Below the pieces are notes generated by a model. The model saw nothing but the letters and a program-made list of their open reading frames with translations, was not told the DNA's origin and did not search any database. DNA of 64,000 nucleotides. Source: Candidatus Fervidifonticultor tertius (lineage in GTDB: Bacteria; Sysuimicrobiota; Sysuimicrobiia; Sysuimicrobiales; Humicultoraceae). Location: positions 6,559 through 70,558 of the forward strand of contig JAVKIY010000005.1 of NCBI GenBank assembly GCA_031459235.1, given 5' to 3'. The position numbers and the translations under genes were made by a program. Every line of letters starts with the position of its first letter. Within the stretch, counting starts at the first letter, position 1. Positions 45,007 to 54,799 of the stretch are shown one piece after another.

Positions 45007-46470
45007 CTACCGCCGCTGCCGGAACTGCGGCTGGAAGGGGTTGACGGGCTGGCGGGGCGCGACGCTGTTGGCCGGCCGGCCGGCGCCCAGGTACACAATC
45101 TGCCCTTCCCGCAGGCCGCTTCTGATTTCCACCTGGCGCCCGTCGGTGGCGCCCACGGTCACGGGCACCGGGGTGAGCGTCTCGCCCTCGACCACGAGCA
45201 CCACGCGGGTCGGGTCGGCCCCGCGCACGGCCTCGGCCGGCACCAGCAGGACGTCGCGGCGCTCGAGCACCACGAACTCGGCGTCCACCGTCATGCCGAG
45301 CCGCAGCGCGCGGTCCGGGTTGGCCACCTCCACCACCACGGCGTACTGGGTGACGTTCTGCACCACCGTCGCCTGGGGCGCGATGCGGGCGACGCGGCCG
45401 TCGAACGTGCGATCGCGCAGCGCGTCCGCCGTGATCCGCACCGCCATCCCCACCCGCACCTGGGCGACGTCCGACTCGTCCACGTTCACCACGGCCTGCA
45501 GCGCGCGCAGGTCGGCGATGGTCATGACGAGCGTGCCGCCGCTCGTCAGCCCGCCGATCACGCTCTGCCCGACCCCGACCGCGAGCTGGGCGACGATGCC
45601 GCCGATCGGCGCGGTGATCTGCGTCTCGGCCAGCCGGTCGCGGGCCTGCCCGGCCTGCGCGCGGGCATTGCGGACCTGCGCCTCGGCCGCGGCCACGTCC
45701 GCGGCCTGGACGCGCTCCGAGAGCTGCTGCGCGCGGGCCTGCTGCAGGGCGACCTCGGCCTCGCGCACCTGCGCGCGAGCGATGGCGACCTCCTCGGGCC
45801 GGCTGCCGGCCTCGGCCTCACGCAGCCGCGCCTGCGCCGCGCGCAGCTGCGCCTCGGCGACCTCGGCCTGGTTCTGCGCCTGGTCGAGCTGGGAGCGGGC
45901 GACCAGCCCACCGTCGTAGAGGGCCTGTGTGCGCTCCAGGTTCTGCCGCGCGAGCGCCGCGGCCAACTCGGCCTGGCGCAGCGCCTCCTTCGCCTGCTCC
46001 ACCTGCTCGGGCCGCGTGCCCGCCAGCACCTGCGCGAGCCGCGCCCGCGCCGTGGCCAGCGCGCTCTCGGCCGCCGCCACGCGCGCCGCGTTCTGGGCCT
46101 GCGAGGCCGCCAGCGTGCTGCGCGCCTGCTGGAGACGGGCCTCCGCCGCGGTGAGCGAGGCCTCGGCCGTCTGGAGGCTCGCGCGCGCGTCACGGTCGTC
46201 GATCACCGCCAGGAGCTGCCCGCGCTCGACCCGGTCGCCCTCCTGCACCGCGAGTTGCACGACGGTGCCGGTGGCGCGCGAGCGCACCTCCACCTGAGCG
46301 TAGGGCCGCAGGGTCCAGGTCGCCGAGACGCTCGACGTCAGCGTGCCGCGGGTCACGCGCGCGGTGCGGAGCGTCTCGGAGGCCGCTGGCGCGGCGGTGC
46401 GGGCGCGGTAGAACCAGACCCCGGCGCCAGCGGTCGCCAGGATCGCCAGCACGGCGAGCCAGCGTCTCAC
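45007..46470 (-). CDS. MacA-like periplasmic adaptor with long coiled coil
   Basis: N-terminal TM, V.EGD.V..GQLL, APIGGIV, VDESDV..V.VG, SGLREG. Confidence 0.92.
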   Translation of the reverse strand: MRRWLAVLAILATAGAGVWFYRARTAAPAASETLRTARVTRGTLTSSVSATWTLRPYAQVEVRSRATGTVVQLAVQEGDRVERGQLLAVIDDRDARASLQTAEASLTAAEARLQQARSTLAASQAQNAARVAAAESALATARARLAQVLAGTRPEQVEQAKEALRQAELAAALARQNLERTQALYDGGLVARSQLDQAQNQAEVAEAQLRAAQARLREAEAGSRPEEVAIARAQVREAEVALQQARAQQLSERVQAADVAAAEAQVRNARAQAGQARDRLAETQITAPIGGIVAQLAVGVGQSVIGGLTSGGTLVMTIADLRALQAVVNVDESDVAQVRVGMAVRITADALRDRTFDGRVARIAPQATVVQNVTQYAVVVEVANPDRALRLGMTVDAEFVVLERRDVLLVPAEAVRGADPTRVVLVVEGETLTPVPVTVGATDGRQVEIRSGLREGQIVYLGAGRPANSVAPRQPVNPFQPQFRQRR

Positions 46471-46514
46471 GGCCGGCCCCGCATGGGCGTGTCGGTGCGC
46501 TCGCTCTCGATCAT
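46467..46514 (-). other. 15-codon upstream ORF (MIESERTDTPMRGRP) coupled to the adaptor gene
   Basis: GAGG SD before ATG 46514. Its TGA overlaps the adaptor GTG start (GTGA). Confidence 0.4.
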
Positions 46515-46544
46515 GCCGCCTCGCACACAGGGTGCAGGTGCGTA

Positions 46545-46570
46545 TACGCGCCCGCCGAGGCCGCAGTTCC
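46545..46570 (-). promoter_or_regulatory. Putative ECF-sigma promoter GGAACT-N16-CGTA
   Basis: Matches the ECF GGAAC/CGT consensus about 30 nt upstream of the uORF and efflux operon. Confidence 0.5.
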
Positions 46571-46676
46571 TCCGGCCGGCGGACGCCTTCACTGACTCCG
46601 ACAGGGTGACGGGCCGAATGGTTGAGTGCGGTGCGCCGGTGCCGGCGCCACGGGCGGACTCACGACCGCGGAATTC

Positions 46677-47123
46677 CTAGGTGGACGCCTCGACGAGCAG
46701 CACCGCCTCGCCGTCCAGCACCGTCTCCCCCCGCTGGTTCGTGCAGGTCGTCCGCACCGTGAGGCGACGGCGCACCGGGTCGTAGGCCGTGACCTCGGCG
46801 GTCGCGGTGATGGCGTCCCCGGGACGCACGGGCCGGAGGAAGCGGAGACTCTGGCTCACGTAGATGCCCCCGGGCCCGGGCAGGTGCATGCCGAGCACGG
46901 TCGAGATCAGCCCGGCCGTTAGCAGGCCGTGCGCGATCCGGCCGCCGAAGCGGCTGCGCGCGGCGAACGCCTCGTCGAGGTGGAGCGGGTTGTGGTCGCC
47001 GACGAGCGCGGCGTAGGCGTCGATGTCGGAGGCCGCGAGCCTGCGGGTGACCGCGGCGCGCTGGCCCGGGACGAACGCCGGGCCGGCCCCAGGCCTCGCC
47101 GCCGGCGGGCCCTCCGCCGCCAC
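46677..47123 (-). CDS. MaoC-family (R)-hydratase/dehydratase
   Basis: GDHNPLHLDE.FA..SRFGGRIAHG, LPGPG, FLRPV. Confidence 0.92.
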   Translation of the reverse strand: MAAEGPPAARPGAGPAFVPGQRAAVTRRLAASDIDAYAALVGDHNPLHLDEAFAARSRFGGRIAHGLLTAGLISTVLGMHLPGPGGIYVSQSLRFLRPVRPGDAITATAEVTAYDPVRRRLTVRTTCTNQRGETVLDGEAVLLVEAST

Positions 47124-47124
47124 C

Positions 47125-47979
47125 CTACCCCAGCGCGGCCAGCACGGCCCTCGCCCCGTAGACGCGGACCAGCTGCGCGCGGTAGGCCGCGTCGGCCACC
47201 AGATCCTCGAGCAGGTCGACCCCCTCGGGTGCGCGCGCCATCGCCGCGCGCACCGCGGCCTCTGTCGGCTCCTGGCCGCGCAGGGCCTCCTCAGCGGCGC
47301 GGGCGCGGAACGCGTGCGAGGCCGCGCCGGTGAACGCGAGGCGCACGTCCGCGACCCTGCCGTCGCGTCCCAGGCGCACCACCGCCGCGGCGCCCACGAC
47401 CGCGAAGCCGCTCGCCGGGTGCTTCATCTTCACGTACGCGCTCCGCGTGCCCGCGGGGAGGATCGGGAACTGCACCTCGACCACGATCTCGCCGCTCCGC
47501 AGCGCGGTCGCGAACAACCCGGTGAACCACTGCCCCGCGGGCACCTTGCGGGTGCCCCGCGGGCCGCGTACCACCACGACGCCGTCACAGGCAAGCAGAA
47601 CCGCGGGGTAGTCGGCCGCCGGGTCGGCGTGCGCCAGGCTCCCGCCGATGGTGCCGACGTTGCGCACCTGGAGGTCGCCGATCGCCTCCGCGGCCTGGGC
47701 GAGCGCGGGCAGCCGGCGCCGCACGAGGGCAGCGGCTGCCAGCGCCGCGTGGGTGGTCATCGCGCCGACGGCGATGGCGCCCTTGTCTTCCTTCACGTAG
47801 GCCAGGCGGCCGATCCGGCGCAGGTCGATGATGAACGACGGGCTCGCCACCCGCAGCTTCATCAGCGACAGCAGGCTCTGCCCGCCGGCCATGACCTTCG
47901 CGTGGCGGTGCCGCCGCAGCAGGCGCAGCGCTTCGTCGAGCGTCGCGGGCGCGGCGTAGTCGAACGCGGCCGGAATCAT
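47125..47979 (-). CDS. FAD-binding medium subunit, set 3
   Basis: MIPAAFDY, AGGQSLL, VRNVGTIGGSLAHADPAADYP. Confidence 0.93.
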   Translation of the reverse strand: MIPAAFDYAAPATLDEALRLLRRHRHAKVMAGGQSLLSLMKLRVASPSFIIDLRRIGRLAYVKEDKGAIAVGAMTTHAALAAAALVRRRLPALAQAAEAIGDLQVRNVGTIGGSLAHADPAADYPAVLLACDGVVVVRGPRGTRKVPAGQWFTGLFATALRSGEIVVEVQFPILPAGTRSAYVKMKHPASGFAVVGAAAVVRLGRDGRVADVRLAFTGAASHAFRARAAEEALRGQEPTEAAVRAAMARAPEGVDLLEDLVADAAYRAQLVRVYGARAVLAALG

Positions 47980-50336
47980 GGGCGCACCTCCCCGCGCTGC
48001 TGAATGGCGTGCCAGACGCGCCGCGGCGTGTACGGCATGTCGAGGTGGGTGATGCCAAGCGGCGCCAGCGCGTCCATGACCGCGTTGGCGACCGCGGCGG
48101 TGGACGCGATCGTTCCTGTCTCGCCGATGCCCTTCAGGCCCAGCGGGTGGTGCGGCGAGGGCGTGACCGTGCGGTCGGTCTCCATGCGCGGCACCTGCGG
48201 CGCGCGCGGTACCGCGTAGTCGAGCATCGACGCGGTGAGGAGCTGCCCGTTGCGGTCGTAGACCGCCTCCTCGAGGAGCGCCTGGGCGATGCCCTGCACG
48301 ATGCCGCCATGCACCTGGCCGTCCACGATCATCGGGTTGATCACCCGGCCGCAGTCGTCCACGGCGACGTAGCGCAGCAGCCGCACCTCGCCGGTTTCCG
48401 GCACCACCTCCACGGTGCAGGCGTGCGCGCCGAAGGGGTAGACGAAGTTGGGCGGGTCGTAGAACGCCGTCGCCTCCATGCCGGGCTCGACGCCGGCGGG
48501 CAGGTTCCATGCCAGCGTGGCCTGCAGCGTGATCTCCTGAATAGACTTGCTCCGGTCCGGGCTGCCGCGCACGCTGAAGCGGCCGTCCTGGAAAACGACA
48601 TCGTCCGGGGAGGCCTCGAGCAGGTGCGCAGCGATTTGCCGGCCCTTCTCGATCAGCCGGTCGCACGCGGTGACCACCGCGCCGCTCCCGACCACGGTGG
48701 TCCGGCTCCCGTAGGTCCCCCACCCCATTGGCGTGCGGGCCGTGTCGCCCGAGACGATCTCCACGTCCTCGAACGGCACACCCAGCCGGTCGGCGACGAT
48801 CTGGGCGAAGGTGGTCTCCTCGCCCTGGCCGTGGGGCGACTCGCCGATCATCACCTCGACCTTTCCGGTGGGCGCCATGCGCACCGTGGCCGACCCGTAC
48901 AGCCCGCCCTGAAAGCCGACCGCGCCGGCCACGGGCGAGGGCCCGAGCCCGCAGATCTCCACGTAGGTGGACAGCCCCAGACCCAGGTAGCGCCCGGCCT
49001 TGCGGGCCGCGGCCTGCTCGCGCCGAAACGCCTCATAGTCGACCATCGCGAGCGCGCGCGCGAGCGCGACGTCGTAGTCGCCGCTGTCGTAGGTGATGCC
49101 GGCGGGGACGGTGTAGGGGAACTTCTCCTTGGGGATGAAGTTGCGGCGTCGTACCTCGGCGGGGTCGAGGCCGGTCTTCGCGGCCACGAGGTCGACGGCG
49201 CGTTCGACCAGGTAGGTCGCCTCGGGCCGACCCGCGCCGCGGTAGGCGTCCACCGGCGTCGTGTTGGTCACGACCCCGTGCACCGTGTACTCCACGGCGC
49301 TGATCGTGTAGGCCCCGGCGAGCATGAGGCCGTGCAGGATAGTCGGGATCCCGGGCGCGGCCAGCGACAGGTAGGCTCCCAGGTTGGCGTAGGTCCGACC
49401 GCGCAGCGCGAGCAGCGTCCCGTCGCTGCGCGCGGCGATCTCCAGGTCGGTGATGTGATCGCGGCCGTGGATGGTCGCCAGGTAGTTCTCGCGCCGGTCC
49501 TCGGTCCACTTGACCGGCCGGCCGAGCTCGCGCGCCAGGAACGCGACCAGGGCGTCCTCGGGGTAGACCGGGATCTTGGACCCGAACCCACCCCCGACCT
49601 CGGGCGCGATCACGCGGAGCTTGTGCTCGGGCATCTTGAGGACGATCGAGAGCACGAACCGGTGGATGTGCGGGTTCTGCGAGGTCACCCACACCGTCAG
49701 CTCGCCCGTCGCCGGGTTGGCGTGCGCGGTCGCCGCGCGCGCCTCCATCGCGTTCGGGATGAGCCGCTGGTTGGTGAACCGCTGGTGGATCACGACGTCT
49801 GCGGCGGCGAACGCTGCGCGGGCGTCGCCGCCTGTGGTCGTCCACGTGAAGGCCGTGTTGTCGGGGACGTCGTCGTGGAGCCTCGGCGCGCCGGCCCGGG
49901 TGGCCTCTTCCTGGTTGATCACGGCGGGCAGCGGCTCGTAGCTCACCGCGACGAGCTCCGCCGCGTCTCGCGCCGCGTACCGATCCTCGGCGACCACCAC
50001 CGCGACGCCCTCGCCCACGTGGCGGACGCGGTCATCCGCCAGCACCGGCCGACGCGGGACCTTGAGCTCGCAGCCCGGCACCAGCCAGGCGCACGGCATC
50101 GGCGCCAGGCGGTCGGCCAGGTCGCGCCCGGTGAAGACCGCGCGCACGCCCGGGTGGCGGCGGGCGCGGCTCGCGTCGATCCTGGTGATCCGGGCGTGGG
50201 CGTGGGGGCTGCGGACGACCGCGGCGTAGAGCACGCCGGGGAGCGTGACGTCATCGGTGAAGGTGGCCTTGCCGGTAATCAGCTGCGGGTCGTCGCGGCG
50301 CTTGACGCGCGCGCCGAAGAGCCTGCTGACTGCCAT
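47976..50336 (-). CDS. CoxL form-II/CutA-like molybdopterin large subunit, set 3 (AYRGAGRPE)
   Basis: EVGGGFGSK, AYRGAGRPEA, GTYGSR, KGIGETG. Confidence 0.94.
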   Translation of the reverse strand: MAVSRLFGARVKRRDDPQLITGKATFTDDVTLPGVLYAAVVRSPHAHARITRIDASRARRHPGVRAVFTGRDLADRLAPMPCAWLVPGCELKVPRRPVLADDRVRHVGEGVAVVVAEDRYAARDAAELVAVSYEPLPAVINQEEATRAGAPRLHDDVPDNTAFTWTTTGGDARAAFAAADVVIHQRFTNQRLIPNAMEARAATAHANPATGELTVWVTSQNPHIHRFVLSIVLKMPEHKLRVIAPEVGGGFGSKIPVYPEDALVAFLARELGRPVKWTEDRRENYLATIHGRDHITDLEIAARSDGTLLALRGRTYANLGAYLSLAAPGIPTILHGLMLAGAYTISAVEYTVHGVVTNTTPVDAYRGAGRPEATYLVERAVDLVAAKTGLDPAEVRRRNFIPKEKFPYTVPAGITYDSGDYDVALARALAMVDYEAFRREQAAARKAGRYLGLGLSTYVEICGLGPSPVAGAVGFQGGLYGSATVRMAPTGKVEVMIGESPHGQGEETTFAQIVADRLGVPFEDVEIVSGDTARTPMGWGTYGSRTTVVGSGAVVTACDRLIEKGRQIAAHLLEASPDDVVFQDGRFSVRGSPDRSKSIQEITLQATLAWNLPAGVEPGMEATAFYDPPNFVYPFGAHACTVEVVPETGEVRLLRYVAVDDCGRVINPMIVDGQVHGGIVQGIAQALLEEAVYDRNGQLLTASMLDYAVPRAPQVPRMETDRTVTPSPHHPLGLKGIGETGTIASTAAVANAVMDALAPLGITHLDMPYTPRRVWHAIQQRGEVRP

Positions 50337-50340
50337 GGCC

Positions 50341-50823
50341 TCACCTCCGCTTCGCGTTCTGTCCCTCCATCTTGCGGGCGGCCGCCTGCACCGCGTTGAC
50401 GATGTGCTGGTAGCCGGTGCAGCGGCAGAGGTTGCCCTCCAGGCCGTGGCGGATCTGGTCCTCGGTCGGCTTCGGGTGGCGCTCCAGAATCTGGAGCGCG
50501 GTCATCATCATGCCCGGGGTGCAGAAGCCGCACTGGAGCCCGTGCTCTTCCCAGAACGCCTCCTGGATGGGGTGGAGCTGGCCGTTGCGCGCCAGGCCCT
50601 CGACCGTGCGCACCTCGCCGCCGTCCGCCTGGACGGCGAGCAGCGTGCACGACTTCACCGCCAGGCCGTTGAGGTGCACGGTACAGGCCCCGCAGCTCGT
50701 CGTGTCGCAGCCGATGTGCGTGCCGGTCAGGCCCAGGACGTCGCGGAGGTAGTGCACCAGCAGCAGGCGGGGCTCGACGTCGTGCGTGGTCTTCGCCCCG
50801 TTGACGGTGATGGTGACCTTCAT
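50341..50823 (-). CDS. [2Fe-2S] small subunit, set 3
   Basis: [38 protein letters not shown]. Confidence 0.94.
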   Translation of the reverse strand: MKVTITVNGAKTTHDVEPRLLLVHYLRDVLGLTGTHIGCDTTSCGACTVHLNGLAVKSCTLLAVQADGGEVRTVEGLARNGQLHPIQEAFWEEHGLQCGFCTPGMMMTALQILERHPKPTEDQIRHGLEGNLCRCTGYQHIVNAVQAAARKMEGQNAKRR

Positions 50824-50881
50824 ATGGCGATCACCTCCCGGATCGGCGCGTGTCACCGAGGTGCTGGGCGTGTAGCGCCGG

Positions 50882-50942
50882 ATTCGCGCGCGCGCCGCGG
50901 ATTCCTGCGACCGGCAGGGAGCGCCCGGGGCGCGGTCCAAAT
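50882..50942. promoter_or_regulatory. Back-to-back sigma-H-like promoters (GCAGGA-N17-GAAT on minus; GCAGGG-N18-CAAAT on plus)
   Basis: Divergent intergenic region between the set-3 small subunit and the acyl-CoA synthetase. Best example of a motif recurring in the window. Confidence 0.55.
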
Positions 50943-50954
50943 GGGTAGGCGGAG

Positions 50955-52928
50955 ATGAGCGACCGAGCCCCTCACGCCGGCGGCAGTCGGTACGCCTGGA
51001 CGCCGGACCCCGCGGCGGCGCGCGCGAGCCGCCTGCAGCGCCTGATCGACCGGACCGGCACAGGCGACTACGACACGCTGTACCGCCGATCGGTAGACGA
51101 CCCGGCGTGGTTCTGGGGCACGGTTGCCGAGGACCTCGGGCTCGAGTGGCTACACCGCTACGACCAGGTGCTCGACCTCTCCCGCGGCATCCCCTGGGCC
51201 CGCTGGTTCACTGGCGGCCGCACCAACCTGACCCTGAACGCGCTCGACCGGTGGGTGCGGGCCGGGGCCGGAGCCCACCCCGCGATCATCTGGGAGGGTG
51301 AGGACGGCGCCACGCGGGCGCTCACGTACGCGGCGCTCCTGGCCGAGGTGGAACGTGTGGCCGGCGGCCTGCGCCGGCTCGGGATCGGCCGCGGGGACCC
51401 TGTCGGCGTCTTTACGCCCATGATCCCCGAGACCGCGGTTGGGCTGCTGGCGCTCGCGCGCGTGGGCGCGATCGCCGTACCGGTCTTCTCGGGGTTCGCG
51501 GCCCCGGCGGCGGCCGCACGGCTCGCCGACTGCCGGGCGCGGCTGCTCATCACAGCCGACGGGTTCGACCGGCGCGGCCGGCGCGTGGCGATGAAGGCGG
51601 TCGCGGACGAGACCGCGGCGGAGGTGCCCTCGCTCGAGCACGTGGTGGTCATCCGCCGCGCGGGCGGCGACGTCCCCTGGACGCCGGGGCGCGACGTGTG
51701 GTGGCACGAGCTCGGCAACGGGGTGCGCGCGTCCGGTGGGCCGGCGGGCGAGGCCGAGGCCATGGACCCGGAAGATCCCTTCATGGTCATCTACACCTCC
51801 GGAACCACCGGCCGGCCCAAGGGTACCGTGCACGTGCACATGGGCTTCCCGCTCAAGGGTGCCGCGGATATGGCGTACTGCTTCGACGTGCGGCCCGCGG
51901 ACCGCGTCCTCTGGTACACCGACATCGGCTGGATGATGGGGCCGTGGCTCATCCTGGGCGCGCTGTGGCTGGGCGCCACGATGGTGCTCTACGACGGGAC
52001 ACCGGACCATCCGGGGCCAGACCGGCTGTGGGCGCTGGTCGCGCGCCACCGGGTCACGGTGCTGGGCGTCTCGCCCACGGTGATCCGTGCGCTGATGCGA
52101 GCCGGGCCGGAGCCGCCGCGCCGCTGGGACCTCTCGAGCCTGCGGATCCTGGGCGCCACGGGCGAGCCGTGGAATCCGGAACCGTGGCGGTGGTACTTCG
52201 AGCACGTGGGCGGCGGGCGGCTGCCGATTATGAACTACTCCGGCGGCACCGAGGTCTCCGGAGGCATCGTCTGCTGCGACCTCCTTCATCCCCAGGTGCC
52301 GACCGCGTTCACCGGGCCGATCCCGGGCATGGCCGCCGACGTCTACGACGAGACCGGCCGGCCGGTACGCGGCGAGGTCGGCGAGCTGGTGCTCACGCAG
52401 CCGTGGCCGGGGATGACGCGCGGCTTCTGGGGTGACGCGCAGCGCTACCTGGACACCTACTGGTCGCGATGGCCGGGCGTGTGGGTCCACGGCGACTGGG
52501 TGCGCGTGGACGCCGATGGCTTCTGGTACATTCTGGGCCGCAGCGACGACACGCTCAACGTGGCGGGCAAGCGCATCGGCCCGGCCGAGGTGGAGTCCGC
52601 GCTGGTGGCGCACCCCGCGGTGAGCGAGGCGGCGGCCATCGGCGTGCCCCACCCGGTCAAAGGCGAGGTGATCGCCTGCTTCGTGGTGCTGCGGCCCGGC
52701 GCGGCCCCGGACGAGGCTCTGCGCGAGGCCCTCCGGCAAACCGTGGCCGCCTCGCTCGGCCGCGCGCTCGCGCCGGAGGTGGTCTATATCGTGGGCGATT
52801 TGCCCAAAACCCGTAATGCCAAGGTGATGCGGCGGGTCATCCGGGCCCGGGCCCTGGGGCTAGACCCCGGTGAAGTCTCCTCGCTCGAGAACCCTCAGGC
52901 GGTGGAGGAGATTCCACGGGTTATCTGA
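50955..52928 (+). CDS. Acetate/short-chain acyl-CoA ligase (AMP-forming)
   Basis: [61 protein letters not shown]. Confidence 0.93.
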   Translation: MSDRAPHAGGSRYAWTPDPAAARASRLQRLIDRTGTGDYDTLYRRSVDDPAWFWGTVAEDLGLEWLHRYDQVLDLSRGIPWARWFTGGRTNLTLNALDRWVRAGAGAHPAIIWEGEDGATRALTYAALLAEVERVAGGLRRLGIGRGDPVGVFTPMIPETAVGLLALARVGAIAVPVFSGFAAPAAAARLADCRARLLITADGFDRRGRRVAMKAVADETAAEVPSLEHVVVIRRAGGDVPWTPGRDVWWHELGNGVRASGGPAGEAEAMDPEDPFMVIYTSGTTGRPKGTVHVHMGFPLKGAADMAYCFDVRPADRVLWYTDIGWMMGPWLILGALWLGATMVLYDGTPDHPGPDRLWALVARHRVTVLGVSPTVIRALMRAGPEPPRRWDLSSLRILGATGEPWNPEPWRWYFEHVGGGRLPIMNYSGGTEVSGGIVCCDLLHPQVPTAFTGPIPGMAADVYDETGRPVRGEVGELVLTQPWPGMTRGFWGDAQRYLDTYWSRWPGVWVHGDWVRVDADGFWYILGRSDDTLNVAGKRIGPAEVESALVAHPAVSEAAAIGVPHPVKGEVIACFVVLRPGAAPDEALREALRQTVAASLGRALAPEVVYIVGDLPKTRNAKVMRRVIRARALGLDPGEVSSLENPQAVEEIPRVI

Positions 52929-53078
52929 ATCGCGGGTCTTCGCGCGACAGCACCAGGGGAGGACCCCACCGCCGCCCGTCAAAGCAACGTTGAACACGAC
53001 TAGAACGTCAGGTTGTGGCCGATCGCGCCAGCGACACCGGACGGGCCGGACGGCCGGTGGAGGTCGTCGGGCGGAGCC

Positions 53079-53954
53079 ATGTCCGCGCGTGACGACGCAG
53101 GGGGCGGCCCGCTGTTCAGCGTGATCCTCCCCACCTACAACCGGGCAGCACTGCTGGCGGAGGCGGTCGCCTCCGTGCTCAGGCAGACCGTGGAGGAGTT
53201 CGAGTGCCTGGTGGTAGACGATGGCAGCCCGAACTCGTTCCAGCTGCCGCGTGATCCGCGGGTGCGGGTGATCGCACGCTCGAGCAACAGCGGGCCGGCC
53301 GCCTCGCGGAACACGGGCCTTCGGGCGGCCCGCGGACGGTACGTCACGTTCCTGGACGACGACGATCTGTACACACCCGATCGACTGGCCCTGGCGCTCG
53401 AAGGCCTGCGGCGGGCGCCGATCACGGTCTGCTGGCTTCGATTCCTCGACGCCCCGGAGGGCCGCAACCGCGTCCTCGACGGCGATGTGCGCGACACCAT
53501 CCTCGAGGACTTCGCCCCGCATGTGGGTGTCACGGCGGTCGCGCGGGAGCTGGTCCCGCTGTTCGACGAGCGCTTCCTCGCGGCGGAGGATGCCGAGTGG
53601 TGGATCCGGCTCGCCTCCCGCGGGCCGGTCAGCACCACGCCGCGCGTCGGGTACCTGCTACGCCGGCACCCCGAGGCCCGTCACCTGCTGCATGCCGAGG
53701 CCCGCGTCGAAGGACGGCGGCTGCTCCTGCAGGTGCACGCGTCGTACTTTGCGACCCGACCCCGCGCCGCGGGCTTTCAGTGGAAGCGCCTCGGCCACCT
53801 CGCCCGGATCAGCGGCGACTTCAAGCTGGCCAGGGCGGCGTTCGTACGTGCCTTGAGGCTCCGACCCGAACTCCGGAGCCTGTGGCACCTCCTGGCCTGC
53901 CTCCGGCCCTCGGCACGGCGGCCCGGACGCCGCGAGCCACTCCACGACCGGTGA
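53079..53954 (+). CDS. Glycosyltransferase family 2
   Basis: SVILPTYNR, VVDDGS, RNTGL, FLDDDD, AED.EWW. Confidence 0.92.
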   Translation: MSARDDAGGGPLFSVILPTYNRAALLAEAVASVLRQTVEEFECLVVDDGSPNSFQLPRDPRVRVIARSSNSGPAASRNTGLRAARGRYVTFLDDDDLYTPDRLALALEGLRRAPITVCWLRFLDAPEGRNRVLDGDVRDTILEDFAPHVGVTAVARELVPLFDERFLAAEDAEWWIRLASRGPVSTTPRVGYLLRRHPEARHLLHAEARVEGRRLLLQVHASYFATRPRAAGFQWKRLGHLARISGDFKLARAAFVRALRLRPELRSLWHLLACLRPSARRPGRREPLHDR

Positions 53955-54799
53955 CGCGCCCCGCGCCGCCGGCCGCGCCCCCCCGGGACCTGCGGTTTCG
54001 CCGCCGAATCGACATCCGCGTGGCGGCGCGAGAGCTGTGGAGGAGCCGGGAGCTCGTCCACAGCCTCGTCGAGCGGGACCTCCGGGCCCAGTACAAGCAA
54101 GCGGTGCTGGGCGTCGCGTGGGCGGTGGTCACGCCGCTCGCCTTCATGGTCGTGTTCTCGGTGTTCTTCCGGCGCGTGGCGACCGTCGACACGCAGGGCA
54201 TCCCCTACCCGCTGTTCTCGTATGTGGGTGTCGTCCCCTGGACGTTCTTCTCCAGCGCCGTGACGCGAGGGGGCCTTAGCCTCCTGTCGAACGCCGCGCT
54301 CCTGAACAGGGTGTACTGCCCGCGCGAGGTCTTCCCCCTCGCCGGCGTCATCTCGGCGGGCATCGACACGCTGGTGGCCCTGGCGGTACTGGGTATCCTG
54401 TTCGCGCTAAGCGGCGTGGCGCCCCGCCCCACATCGGTGCTCGCCCCGATGCTCGTGTTGACACAGCTGGCGTTCACCGTAGGGGTGACGCTGACGGTGG
54501 CAGCGCTCGTCGTCTACTTCCGCGACCTGCGACACGCGCTGTCGTTGGTTCTCCAGTTCGGAGTCCTGGCGACCCCGGTAGCCTACGGCCTGGAGGTGAT
54601 CCCGCGCCACCTCCAGGTGCTCTACGGTCTCGTCAACCCGCTGGGGCCGGTCATCGACGGGTATCGGCGCGTCATCTTGTTCGGACAGACGCCGCAGTGG
54701 GAAACGCTGGCGCCCGCGGTCCTGGCGTCGTGTGTCTGGCTCGTCGGGGCGTTCGTGCTGTTCAAGAAGCTCGAGGTCGGGTTCGCCGATGTCGTCTAG
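53951..54799 (+). CDS. wzm: ABC-2 polysaccharide export permease
   Basis: RDLRAQYKQAVLG.AW, PYPLF, VYCPRE, FRDL, TPVAY, NPL. Confidence 0.92.
   Translation: MTRPAPPAAPPRDLRFRRRIDIRVAARELWRSRELVHSLVERDLRAQYKQAVLGVAWAVVTPLAFMVVFSVFFRRVATVDTQGIPYPLFSYVGVVPWTFFSSAVTRGGLSLLSNAALLNRVYCPREVFPLAGVISAGIDTLVALAVLGILFALSGVAPRPTSVLAPMLVLTQLAFTVGVTLTVAALVVYFRDLRHALSLVLQFGVLATPVAYGLEVIPRHLQVLYGLVNPLGPVIDGYRRVILFGQTPQWETLAPAVLASCVWLVGAFVLFKKLEVGFADVV

Noticed and set aside
45640-46180. Low-complexity Ala/Gln/Glu/Arg repeats in the adaptor gene
   Set aside because: Ordinary coiled-coil hairpin of membrane fusion proteins.
46315-46317. Trp in place of the usual Gly in the adaptor motif (VSATWTL)
   Set aside because: A single-base difference that cannot be distinguished from a neutral variant or sequencing error.
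21556-50336. Aerobic CO dehydrogenase (form I)
   Set aside because: No large subunit carries AYxCSFR, so CO oxidation is not supported.
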